A stretch of 64,000 nucleotides of DNA from Octopus sinensis (Eukaryota), in assembly GCF_006345805.1 (NCBI RefSeq), contig NC_043014.1:14260001-14324000 (forward strand). Direction: 5' to 3'. The translations under genes were made by a program, and so were the position numbers. Within the stretch, counting starts at the first letter, position 1, and every line of letters starts with the position of its first letter. This document shows positions 24,215-35,479 of the stretch, piece after piece. The notes under the pieces were generated by a model. The model ran no database searches. It had not been told where the DNA came from and worked only from the letters and a program-made list of their open reading frames with translations.

Positions 24215-24905
24215 GTGAAATTTCAGGGGAGGTGAAAGTCGAGCACATCGATCCCAGTACCTGACTGGTACTTATTTTATCGACCTCGAAAGGATGAAAG
24301 GCAAAGTCGACCTCGGCGGAATTTGAACTCAGAATGTAAAGACGAACGAAATGCCGCTAAGCATTTTCCCCTGCGTTCTAACGATTCTTATTTCTTTATT
24401 ACCCACCAGGGGCCAAACACAGAGGGGACAAACAAGGACAGACAAACGAATTACGTCGATTATATCGACCCCAGCGCGTAACTGGTACTTAATTTATCGA
24501 TCCCGAAAGATGAAAGGCAAAGTCGACCTCGGCGGAATTTGAACTCAGAACGTAGCGGCAGACGAAATACCTATTTCTATACTACCCAGAAGGGGCTAAA
24601 CACAGAGAGGACAAACAAGGACAGACAAACGGATTAAGTCGATTATATCGACCTCAGTGTGTAACTGGTACTTATTCAACCGACCCCGAAAGGATGAAAG
24701 GCAAAGTCGACCTGGACGGAATTTGAACTCAGAACGTAGCGGCTGACGAAATACCGCTAAGCATTTCGCCAGGCGTGCTAACGCTTCTTATTTCTTTACT
24801 GCCCACAAGGGGCTACACAGAGCGGAAAACAAGGACAGACAAACAAGGACAGACAAACAGATTAAGTCGATTATATCGACCCCAGTGCGTAACTGGTACT
24901 TATTT
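24215..24905 (-). mobile_element. Tandem array of SINE family D (about 4 partial units)
   Basis: Repeated aggatgaaaggcaaagtcgacctcggcggaatttgaactcagaacg. Other D copies or arrays: 3780-3970, 13540-13990, 17225-17440, 31294-31516, 33430-33560, 34195-34640, 36385-36730, 39859-40110, 47053-47720, 51225-51360, 54725-55320, 55850-56272, 56924-57147. Confidence 0.9.
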
Positions 24906-24907
24906 AA

Positions 24908-25085
24908 TGCAGTGCAATCATGAGATAGAGAATAGGAAGCCAAACAAAGTCTTAATTGAGAAAGAGCACAAACTATGCTGGGTCATATATATAACATGCC
25001 CAGCTGACAACAAGGTATGCGATAAGGAAGAAAGAAAAGTTGAGAAATATGACAGGTTAGCTTGGGAAGTTAAGAATGTTACGAT
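24908..25085 (+). mobile_element. RLE-endonuclease LINE fragment
   Basis: IENRKP.KVLIEKEHKLCWVI.ITCPADNKVCDKEERKVEKYDRLAWEVK matches the PD..D...E.K RLE pattern. Confidence 0.8.
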
Positions 25086-25115
25086 CGAGAAGGTAAATCA
25101 CAATGACCTTTTTGT

Positions 25116-25560
25116 GTGCACAGTTTGCCTTTCTTTTGCCGGGCCCAAATCCCATTGCGAACCCATGGAAAACGAACCCCCAACAACTATGCTGCCTATA
25201 TGTCTGCGCCGACCTTTCAATGCAATATATGCCAGAAGGTTTACAAATCTAATGGAGGTCTCGAAAGACATTTTAAGATCCACAAAGACCAGAACTTATT
25301 TGTAGCTGTTGGTGGTCCAAATCGGATCTGCAATCTATGTGGGTTCTTTTCAAAACATTGTCTGGTTTAAAAATCTATATCAGATACCATGATGGTTGTA
25401 AGGTGTAAGTACATGAGGTCGTCAAACTCTACATAAGGAGTAGACAACCATCATGTATGTATGTATGTATGTATGTATGTATGTATGTATGTATGTATGT
25501 ATGTATGTATGTATGTATGCATGCATGTATGTATGTATGCATGTATGTATGTATGCATGA
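25116..25560 (+). mobile_element. LINE 3' end (RTE-like) with C2H2 zinc fingers and (ATGT)n tail
   Basis: CNICQKVYKSNGGLERHFKIH, then a frameshifted CNLCG..FKTLSGLK.YIRYH, a short UTR and (ATGT)n. Confidence 0.6.
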
Positions 25561-25567
25561 TGTATGT

Positions 25568-25990
25568 AGAAGTGGCTGTGTGGTAAGTAGCTTGCTTACC
25601 AACCACATGGTTCCGGGTTCAGTCCCACTGCGTGGCACCTTGGGCAAGTGTCTTCTACTATAGTCTTGGACCGACCAAAGCCTTGTGAGTGGATTTGGTA
25701 GACGAAAACTGAAAGAAGCCCTTTATATATATGTATATATATATATGTATGTGCATGTATATGTTTGTGTGTCTGTGTTTGTCCCCCCCCCCACAACATC
25801 ACTTGACAACCGATGCTGGTGTGTTTACGTCCCGGTGTGTTTACGGTTCGGCAAAAGAGACCGATAGATTAAGTACTAGGCTTACAAAGAATAAGTCCTG
25901 GGGTCGATTTGCTCGACTAAAGGCGGTGTTCCAGCATGGCCGCAGTCAAATGACTGAAACAAGTAAAAGAGTAAAAAGAGAGTAAAGAGT
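25568..25990 (+). mobile_element. SINE family A
   Basis: Head agtggctgtgtggtaag to tail taaaagag. Confidence 0.9.
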
Positions 25991-26254
25991 ACGTATGTAT
26001 GTATGTATGTATGTATGTATGTATGTATGTATGTATGTATTTATGTATGTATGTATTTATGTATGTAAGCATGTATGTAAGTATGTCATTATTCAGTTTT
26101 ATTTTAAGATTCCTTGCCAGTAGAGCAACAGTCTGTTTCTAATATATATCCAAGACTCCTTCATTAGCATTTCACCACCATCAACAATATATGTTTGCAT
26201 GTATGTGTGTATTTGTGCAGTATTTGGAGTCAGTACATGTGCAGATTTGCATAC

Positions 26255-26462
26255 TTTGTTTTATGTATGTATTCTCATGCAATTAGCTGCATGTCTAGAC
26301 ATGCGCATATATATCTAAGTGAGAAACTCCAGGAAAATTTTTCAGATTTTTACAATTCTAGTAATGGTTTGGATCTGTAGCTTTCTCCAATAATTACAGG
26401 TATAAACCTGAACTTGTTATCTGAGTAGAGTACCTGTAGAATTTCTCAATAGTTCAGCGTAG
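26255..26462 (-). mobile_element. RLE LINE extreme 3' fragment
   Basis: Homologous to 62570-62840 (aattacaggtataaacctg; cagatttttaca..tc.a.t.atgg.ttg.atctgtagc). Confidence 0.75.
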
Positions 26463-27326
26463 GTATTTTCTTTTTCTCTGATCTGTCTGTCTGTTTGTCT
26501 ATATGTACGTATTAAATAATAGGTGTTTTTATCTAATAAATGCATTTCATTGTCATTTGTTTGGATATGTATTTAAGGTTAGAGTTCGGGTTATCGTAAG
26601 TCGGAAAGCGGCGGCTGAGAACTGAACAGAAAAAAAGAAGACAAATAAGAAAACAGAGAGAAAGACTCCTCTCACCCAGAAGAATGAAAGAAAGAGGGAT
26701 ATGGTATGTGTGTGTGTGTTTGTAACCGTGTTTAGGCACATACGTTAAGGACTTTTATCTCGTCATGGTAAAACTCCATCGAATTCGGGTGGTTCTCGAT
26801 TTGCTCGTATTACACAATACGTAAGTTCAACGAAGAATGTGAAGAATTTAGCGATATGCCCTTACATACATATATTGCATTAATCAAGAGACATATACCT
26901 TAACCATTTGTATCTCCGAAGCATTTTCATAAATTTGCCCTAAACGTCCATGTTTGTTTTCAGACTTTTAGTTAGCCTCTGTTTCATACGTTCTGAGAAA
27001 TATAACGCTTTCCTTTCCCAAGCTCTAAGTCACTCTAGTGGTTGAAAATTTGGCGATGTCAATTGTATATAATTCATGGAGGCCAGGAATATATGTCCTG
27101 TGTATTATATGTGATGTATAGCACAGACATAGGGTTAACAAGAAGCATTGTTCCCTGCTAATGTCTCTAAAACCCTTTAACCCTTTGCTTGTTCAAACCG
27201 TTTCCATAAGTTTGCCCTAAATCTCTATACTTGTTTGCAATCTTTTAAGCTAGCCTTTGTTTCATCTGAGTTATATAAAGTAACTCTCGTGTTTGAAAAA
27301 AATTTGAGAATGTGTATCATATACGA

Positions 27327-27776
27327 TACTCTTTTACTCTTTTACTCTTTTACTTGTTTCAGTCATTTGACTGCGGCCATGCTGGAGCACCGCCTTTAGT
27401 CGAGCAAATCGACCCCGGGACTTATTCTTTGTAAGCCCAGTACTTATTATATCGGTCTCTTTTGCCGAACCGCTAAGTGACGGGGACGTAAACACACCAG
27501 CATTGGTTGTCAAGCAATGCTAGGGGGAACAAACAGACAAGATCACACAGACACACACCACACACACACACACAACACACACACACAACACACACACACA
27601 CATACATATATACGACAGGCTTCTTTCAGTTTCCGTCTACCAAATCCACTCACAAGGCATTGGTCGGCCCGGGGCTATAGCAGAAGACACTTGCCCAAGA
27701 TGCCACGCAGTGGGACTGAACCCGGAACCATGTGGTTGGTTAGCAAGCTACTTACCACACAGCCACTCCTGCGCCT
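27327..27776 (-). mobile_element. SINE family A, full length
   Basis: Near-consensus. Further A copies: 38377-38805(-), 40304-40768(+), 45915-46296(+), 55372-55810(-), 57197-57610(-), 60020-60570(+, nested), 60885-61340(+); tail-only pieces at 33110-33330, 37745-37900, 60600-60830. Confidence 0.92.
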
Positions 27777-28149
27777 ATAGATGCCAGGGAAATATGTCGT
27801 ATGTATCACATGGGACACACGGAACACACGGACAAGTTTCTTTTGCAGAACTTGAGTACACCACCATCTCGGTACTGAGTAGCTATCCCACAGACTTTGG
27901 CGTCCCCTTCGTTATATCATTCTACATCAACTACATTAATTATGATTTCTACAGACAAAGAAGACGGAGATCCTGTTTTTTTTTACTTTTCTTTTCTTTC
28001 TTTTCCTATCCCTTTTTGCATTAACCTTCTTTGCGTTTTTCTTCCCTGTTTTTCTCACGTTTTCTCATCCTGGTTTTCAATTAGCTCTGACAGTATGCAC
28101 TGACCCTGAAAGATTGTTTGGAAACACATTACATCTATAAACTACTAAA

Positions 28150-28570
28150 ACTTTGAGACTGCTTGCTTGCGTGCTTGTCTGTAATTTAGTACAGCCAAAC
28201 CGGTGCATAATGGGAAAATACTATGAAAGTAAGTTACCCTTGAAATGTGACCAGAAACAGTATAAAACAAGTTTCGCGTAAACCGGACCACAGATTCCCG
28301 ACATACGCGGTTTTTGGGGGTTTGTTTCCACAAATATAAGCAGTGAAACCTAAAGTTATTGTCCTTTACTGTGAATATTTGGATAGCTTTGTTTGCGTGC
28401 TTGCTTGCGTGCGTTCTTGTCTGTAATCTAGCTTAGCCAAGCCAGCACATAATGGGAAAATACTCTAAAAGTAATGTACCACTGAAATGTGAATACAAAC
28501 GAAATAAAACAAGTTTCGCGTAAATCGGACCACGGGTTCCTGAGATACACGGTTTTTTCTGGTACCTTGA
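28150..28570. repeat. Two diverged ~245-bp tandem units (Helitron/Helentron-associated type)
   Basis: aaaacaagtttcgcgtaaa(c/t)cggaccac at about 28265 and 28507; a related motif style occurs at 39190-39365. Confidence 0.55.
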
Positions 28571-28589
28571 ATTACTGGTTTGCCAGAAC

Positions 28590-29500
28590 TTGAACACCCT
28601 ATGATATCCCTGTCTACTGGCCTACAGAATACTCTGGAAAGGTACGATCTAGATGACCGATTGTATTTAAATGCGCCAAAGTGGACTTCCACATTGGCCC
28701 ATTTGGGAAATCCAGTCGGCATCTCCCAGGCAGTTGGAAACGTACGAGGCTTTTGCAATCCTTCTTTCAGCTAGAGCTGCACAATCCAAACGTGCATCCA
28801 AGGTGGTGTTTCTATCTTTCGCTAGCACTAAAGAACGGGATGTCCCGAGGAAAACATATTGACGACTGATGAAATATGGTCACTTCGCCTTTATTGAAGT
28901 GTAGACAGTTACTAGTCTGCAGGTACCTTTACTACTGTTCACGTCAAGGACAGTTTCCTTACCGTCCAGGTCGAGGAAGAACAACCGTATCTCGAAGTCT
29001 TGGCATTTCCGAAGCCGTGCCACTAGAGTTCTCAATGTCTTGTGAGAAACGCTCTCTCATTTCTCTATATTTATCTATTGGCAGCCATGCCGTTTTTAGG
29101 TTATCCGGGACTTTCATTAAACTTTTATTGAAAGCCGTTCCCACCGTCTCTATGTCTCTTCTTTGTGCTATGTAAGACCTCGGTATTTTATTTTCCTTTC
29201 TTACTGACACAAAGTTTGATATAAGTGCGATTGTTGTAAATGTAGCTTTGTAGCAAGATAGTGTTGTTGTTCTGGTTGTTGGGTTTGTGTCTTAGCTGGT
29301 TTTTCTCTTGTTTCACACATATGGTATCTTGGTCTTCTGTCCCCTTGAATTATTCGCAGTTCCACTCCATTCAAAAGGGATATGAAGACTGAGACATTTT
29401 CCAAATGTTCGGGCTTTAGCGGGTCTTAAACCAGTTCTTCCGCACTTTTCTCTTCACATCCAGTAGAGTGTCGCTCTCCTTCAACACTACACAGGCTAAG
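28590..29500 (-). mobile_element. Tx1/L1-like LINE fragment (ORF1 end plus APE endonuclease)
   Basis: FLDLDGKETVLDV...CRLVTVY...FLGTSRSLVL..D.NTTLDARLD...SSRSYL.RVFCR; multiple stops and frameshifts. Confidence 0.7.
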
Positions 29501-30099
29501 ACCCACTAGAGAGAGACTTGCTCCACCGTTTTTCTTCCCAAATAAGTGGGAGAAGATTGCGATGTCATCACTGCAGTAGGAGACCACTGAATGTTGTACA
29601 GGAAGGTCTCAGTTTTAAACAGGACTTCGACTTCGCTGAAGTTGATGATGATGATGATAAAGATGAAGATGATGAACAACAACAAGGTAAACCAAAGTCA
29701 AAGTAATTTCCTTGGAGGAACGAACAATAACGAAATGTGTGAAATAAAATTTCTTTTAGAGTAATAATTAAAATTAAAAAAAAACAACAACATACAAACG
29801 AAATAATTTAAAATAGAAAGAGAAATGATTCCAAATATTTTTTTTTCCACAAATAATAACAGATTTAAAAATAAAAGTTCAAAAATTAAAATCCACTTCC
29901 GAGCACGCATTTATACACATCAGTAAACACGTCCCAGGCATAATTACATTTGCATACGCACATGCGCACATACGTATACACGCGCGTACCCGCACACATA
30001 TACACACAAATGGAAATAATCATCTTTATTTGTTAATGAGTTGGTAATTAAAAAAAAAAAATGTCGAATCGATTTTGTATCCAATGAGGGTATATTTCA

Positions 30100-31226
30100 A
30101 ATAACAGCAGCAGCAGCAGCAGCAACAACAACAACGGCAATAAAACTGCCACCACTGTCTCATTGTCACTACCGGCGCTACCACTACAATCTTCACCACC
30201 ACCACCACCACCACCACCACCACCACCACCACCGCCGCCGCCGCCGCCACCACCACCACCACCACCACCACTACTGCCTCCGTCACTGCTGGCTCTGTCA
30301 CTGCTGCCTCTGCCACCACACCTATGCCACCGCCGTCTCCAACCACCGTCTCCACCGCCGTCTCCTCCGCCGTCTCAACCGCCGTCTCCGCCGCCGTTTC
30401 CACCCCCGTCTCTGCTGCCGCCTTCACCGTCGCCTTCACTGCCACCTCCACCGCCGCCTTCACCGTCGCCTTCACTGCCGCCTTCACCGCCGCCTTCACC
30501 GCCGCCTTCACCGCCGCCTTCACCGCCGCCTTCACCGCCGCCTTCACCGCCGCCTTCACCGCCGCCTTCACCGCCGCCTTCACCGCCGCCTTCACCGTCG
30601 CCTTCACCGCCGCCTCCACCGCCGCCTTCACCGCCGCCTTCACCGCCGCCTTCACCGTCGCCTCCACCGCCGCCTTCACCGTCGCCTCCACCGCCGCCTT
30701 CACCGTCGCCTTCACTGCCACCTCCACCGCCGCCTTCACCGTCGCCTTCACTGGCCCACCCTTCACCGCCGCCTTCACCGCCGCCTTCACCGCCGCCTTC
30801 ACCGCCGCCTTCACCGCCGCCTTCACCGCCGCCTTCACCGCCGCCTTCACCGCCGCCTTCACCGCCGCCTTCACCGCCGCCTTCACCGCCGCCTCCACCG
30901 CCGCCTTCACCGCCGCCTCACCGCCGCCTCCACCGCGCCCCTCCACCGCCGCCTCCACCGCCGCCTCCACCGCCGCCTTCACCGCCGCCTTCACCGCCGC
31001 CTTCACCGCCGCCTTCACCGCCGCCTTCACCGCCGCCTTCACCGCCGCCTTCACTGCCACCTCCACCGCCGCCTTCACCGCCGCCTTCACCGCCGCCTTC
31101 ACCGCCGCCTTCACCGCCGCCTTCACCGCCGCCTTCACCGCCGCCTTCACCGCCGCCTTCACCGCCGCCTTCACCACCGCCTTCACCGCCGCCTTCACCG
31201 CCGCCTCCACCGCCGCCGCCGCCACT

Positions 31227-31258
<32 letters not shown>

Positions 31259-31270
31259 CCGCAACAACAA
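30100..31270. repeat. GC-rich 12-bp minisatellite (CCGCCGCCTTCA)n with triplet-repeat flanks
   Basis: Roughly 65 units over about 30415-31205; flanked by (CAG)/(CAA)/(CAC)/(CGC) on the left and (CAT)n on the right. Confidence 0.97.
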
Positions 31271-32299
31271 CAATGTAGCTTCTATATCATTAAGGCGGCG
31301 AGCTGGCAGATACGTTAGCACGCCGGGCAAAATGCTTAGCAGTATTTCGTCTGCCGTTTCGTTCTAAGTTCAAATTCCGCCGAGGCCGACTTTGCCTTTC
31401 ATCCTTTCGTGGTCGATAAATTAAGTACCAGTTACGTACTGGGGTCGAGTAAACGACTTAATCTGTTTGTCTGTCCTTTGTCCCCTCTCTGTGTAACCCC
31501 TTGTGGGCAGTAAAGACTTACATCATCATCATCATCATCATCATCATCAACCACAACGACAACCACAATGTAGCTTCTATGTGGGTGCTCCAACTTCCAG
31601 GAATAACAGATTTTTAGTGTCGGCTGACTTGTTATATGTCCATCAAGTTAGGGAATGAACTAAAGCAAATGCTCTTATAGAACTGCAACAATTTCAAAAA
31701 TGACCGCGGAAATCTTGCGTTCCAGTTTAGATAAAATGACCCAATCAACTTTCGCTTTCACAACAGCTTAGAGGAAAAAGAAAGTAGAAGGACAAAAGAC
31801 AATTAATACTTAGTCAAGGAGTTTTATGTCTGTGTATATACATAGATACAGGTAGAAAGACAGACAGATAGAAAGACACAAACACAGATATATTTATATT
31901 TATACACACACACATATATAGATATATACATAGAGATATATATATGTATACATACCCACACACAGACGCACAGATACAGACACAAAAAACACACATATAA
32001 ACATATACATAAAACATAATGTAAGGACACATCCGCATACACACACATATATATACACACATATATATATATAGATCATATAGATACATACATAGACCCA
32101 GACACACACACACACACACGAAGACAGACACACTCACACACACATATATATATATATATACACTTACACATATACACACACATATATATATACACACACA
32201 TATATATACACATATACACACATACATTCATATATACATATATACACATAGATACATATATACATATACACAGCTGGATTGTGAAGTTACCCATCTCAG

Positions 32300-32900
32300 T
32301 ACATTTTCTTCGCATATGGTTCTTCTTTAGTATATGTTTCATGGTTACACTTCAAGAGGTTTTAAGTCAGGGGTATTAATCCGAGTTGTGGGTGCTATGT
32401 TTGTATCAGTTATGTGTGGTTTAGATTGTGGTATGTAAATGTGTATCTAGCTGTATGCAAGTACCTGGGTAATCGTTCCGTAAATCTGTATGATGCGCTC
32501 CTTTGTTAACAATATTGAGAGTGACTCCTCGGAACATAGTTGGCATTTCCGGGATAATGTGTTATAGGGACTCTCATGTCTGATTATGGACCAGGTGAGG
32601 TCGTATTTTACCTTCTCTTCCTTGAGCCTCCAGATAAAATTAGCCAGTGATGTTACATGCCGTTTAAGGATTTTTTTCGAAAGCTGGCAAAATAGTTGTG
32701 ATATCGATTTTTGAAAATATCAGCCGATGCACCGATATATACGTAGGGGCTCCCTCTAGTGTTTACTGTGCACTTATACACCACATTTCTGGTCATACAT
32801 TGATTGTCCAAGGGATATTTGGATCTGTCTCTGCATGAGCATAATTGGTCGGTTTTTTTTTTGCTTGCTTGTGTGTAGCGAACACTGGACGAATTGGTTA
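32300..32900 (-). mobile_element. Penelope-like element 3' fragment (GIY-YIG)
   Basis: CSCRDRSKYPLDNQCMTRNVVYKCTV...YVYIGAS...FKNRYHN, then TSLANFIWRLKEE...WSII...CQLC.EE. Confidence 0.85.
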
Positions 32901-32980
32901 CATTCAGTATATTCGTGGTCATGGTTATCCTATTATTATTTTTACTATTTTTGGGTGTGTTTGTGTTGTTTGAATTTTTG

Positions 32981-33055
<75 letters not shown>

Positions 33056-33969
33056 CATGTGTATGTATGTGTATGTGTGTGTCAATGTGTTTGTGTGTGC
33101 GTGTGTGTGAGTCTTTGTATCGGTGTTTGTTATCTACCACCGCTTGACAACTGGTGATGGTTTGTTTAGTGGTTCAGCACCACCCCCTCGCCAATACAAT
33201 GAGTACCAGGCTCAAAAACAAAACTAGTACTGGGGTCGATTCGTTCGACTAAAATTCTTCAAGACGGCGCTCCAGCATGGCCGCAGTGTAATGATTGAAT
33301 CAAAGAAATTTAAAAATGATAAAAGATAAGATAAACTACACCAACCAGTAAAAAAACAAGAAGCTCAGTTGAAGCAGAAATATTCGTCTTTCGTTAAAAG
33401 CACAAAGGCAGAAATTGTTTTTTGATGATAGTAGTGGTAGGAGATAAAGGATGAAAGGGGGAAGTCGATCTCGGCTGAATTTGAGCTCAGAACGAAAAGA
33501 CGGACGAAATGCTGTTAAGCATTTTGTTCGTCGTGCTAACGATTCTGTCCGCTCACTACCTTGACAAAAAAAAAAAAAAAGAGAACAAAACGAATTGAAT
33601 GAAGCAACAACTACTACAACAGCGTATGGCCTGAACTAGGAATCGAAACCACAATTTTATGATCATGAGTCCAACAACCTAGGTACTAATCCACGCGCCT
33701 CCGGACGGAATGACTTACCAGGATATAAATAACATTAATGCCTATCTTATCTTCGAAATGATTCTTTCTCTTCCTTCTTAATTTATCTGTTACGTAGGAT
33801 ACGTTTTCCTAATTTCTAATATTCTAATCTGTTGCACCTAACGTCATTCGGTTTAATTGCTTATTTAATTGGAGTTACTTTAACTGTAGTAAACCTAATA
33901 TTTCTTCAAAGGAGGAATATCAAGTTACTATAATAATTAACTTATAAAGCGAATAGTTGGTTTATAAAT

Positions 33970-34030
33970 TCTAGTGGTCAGGATTCTTGGCTTTCACCCA
34001 GGTTATCCGGGTTCGATTCCCGGCATGGCA
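33970..34030 (+). pseudogene. 5'-truncated tRNA-Glu(TTC) copy
   Basis: tctagtggtcaggatt-cttgg-CTTTCAC-ccagg-ttat-ccggg-TTCGATT-cccgg-catggca; anticodon TTC at 33993-33995, intact T arm, no 5' acceptor strand. Confidence 0.8.
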
Positions 34031-35240
34031 CCGTACATTTTCCTGTAACTTAGCAGTTCGGCAAAAGAAAACCGATAGAATAAGTACCAAGCTTTAAAAA
34101 AGTACAGGGGTCGATTTGTTCAACTAAAATTCTTTAAGGGGTGCCCAGGCATGACCACAGTCTAATGACTGAAACGGGCAAGAGAATCCTTTCTACTACA
34201 GGCATAACTGGTACTTAGTTTATCGACCCCGAAAGAATGAAAGGCAAAGTTGACCTCGGCGGAATTTGAACTCCGTACGTAGCGGCAGACGACGTACCTA
34301 TTTCTATTTCTTTACTACCCACAAGGGGCTAAACATAGAGAGGACAAACAAGGACAGACAAACGGATTAAGTCGATAATATTGACGCCAGTGCGTAACTG
34401 GTACTTATTTAATCGACCCCGAAAGGATGAAAGGCAAAGTCGACCTCGGCGGAATTAGAACTCAGAACGTAACGGCAGACGAAATACCCATTTCTTTACT
34501 ACTCACAAGGGGCTAAACACAGAGAGGACAAACAAGGACAGACAAACGGATTAAGTCGATTCTATCGACCCCAGTGCGGCAGACGTAATACGGCTACGCA
34601 TTTCGCCCGGCGTGCTAACGTTTCTGCCAGCTCGCCACCTTCAAAAAGGGTAGAAGAATAAAAGAACACAATTACAATGCACCCAGTTGGCCTTTCTCTG
34701 CTCCCCACCTAATTATTTTAAATATCTACCTTGGCCAGTAAATAAAGCTATCAGAAAACAGTAAACCTCGACTAAGCTGTGTTCTCACGGACTTACTCCA
34801 ACGCTTGATAACATCTTGATCTCTCAGAACTGTGCATTTGATAAGTACACAACAAACCAAGGAAAGTAACTTGATATGTCTCTTATCTACAATCCCACTT
34901 CCACAAGTTATGCTTGTATGAGAAACTGAAAAAATCTACCACAATTATTTTTAAACACTGAAGAGAATGATTGAGGGGTTGGTAACTGTTCCATGAATTA
35001 CCTGTTTAATTGATTATGCATGCTTGTCATTGTATGGCGTGGAAACAGTTTTTCAAGCCATTCAAAATGTTCGTAAGTGAATAAAGTTGTGTCAGGATAT
35101 AATTCTTCATTCTTTGTTTTATATGTACACACGCACATACACATGCATATATACGACTATATACGTACATAAATACATACACATACATGCATGTCATTGT
35201 ACATGTATGTAAATACACACACACACACATACATACATAC

Positions 35241-35285
<45 letters not shown>

Positions 35286-35479
35286 TATATATATAATATA
35301 TATAAATATATGCATATATACATATTGGTCGAGAAAGGCCACGGGGTATAGCAGTTTGATGCTACTATTTAGCGACAACAATTACTTAAAAAATACCGCT
35401 TGGTGAACAAGAAATATTGGTGATTTGCGGTGCTGTGTTCATGGAGGTTAATTTACCACTGTGACCTTCGTGCAGGTGG

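Noticed and set aside
24215-24905. Regularly spaced direct repeats superficially like a CRISPR array (also 6670-6990, 54725-55320)
   Set aside because: Eukaryotic context, units are SINE or minisatellite copies with non-unique spacers, and there are no cas genes.
30026-31367. Long ORFs (434, 425, 371, 347 aa) resembling extensin, His-rich or Ala-rich proteins
   Set aside because: All arise from one stop-free 12-bp tandem unit open on both strands, with no unique coding flanks or convincing splice sites.
34800-34840. Small AG...GTAAGT-bounded segment on the minus strand
   Set aside because: About 34 nt with no similarity to SLC6 or other recognisable protein; such pairs are expected by chance.
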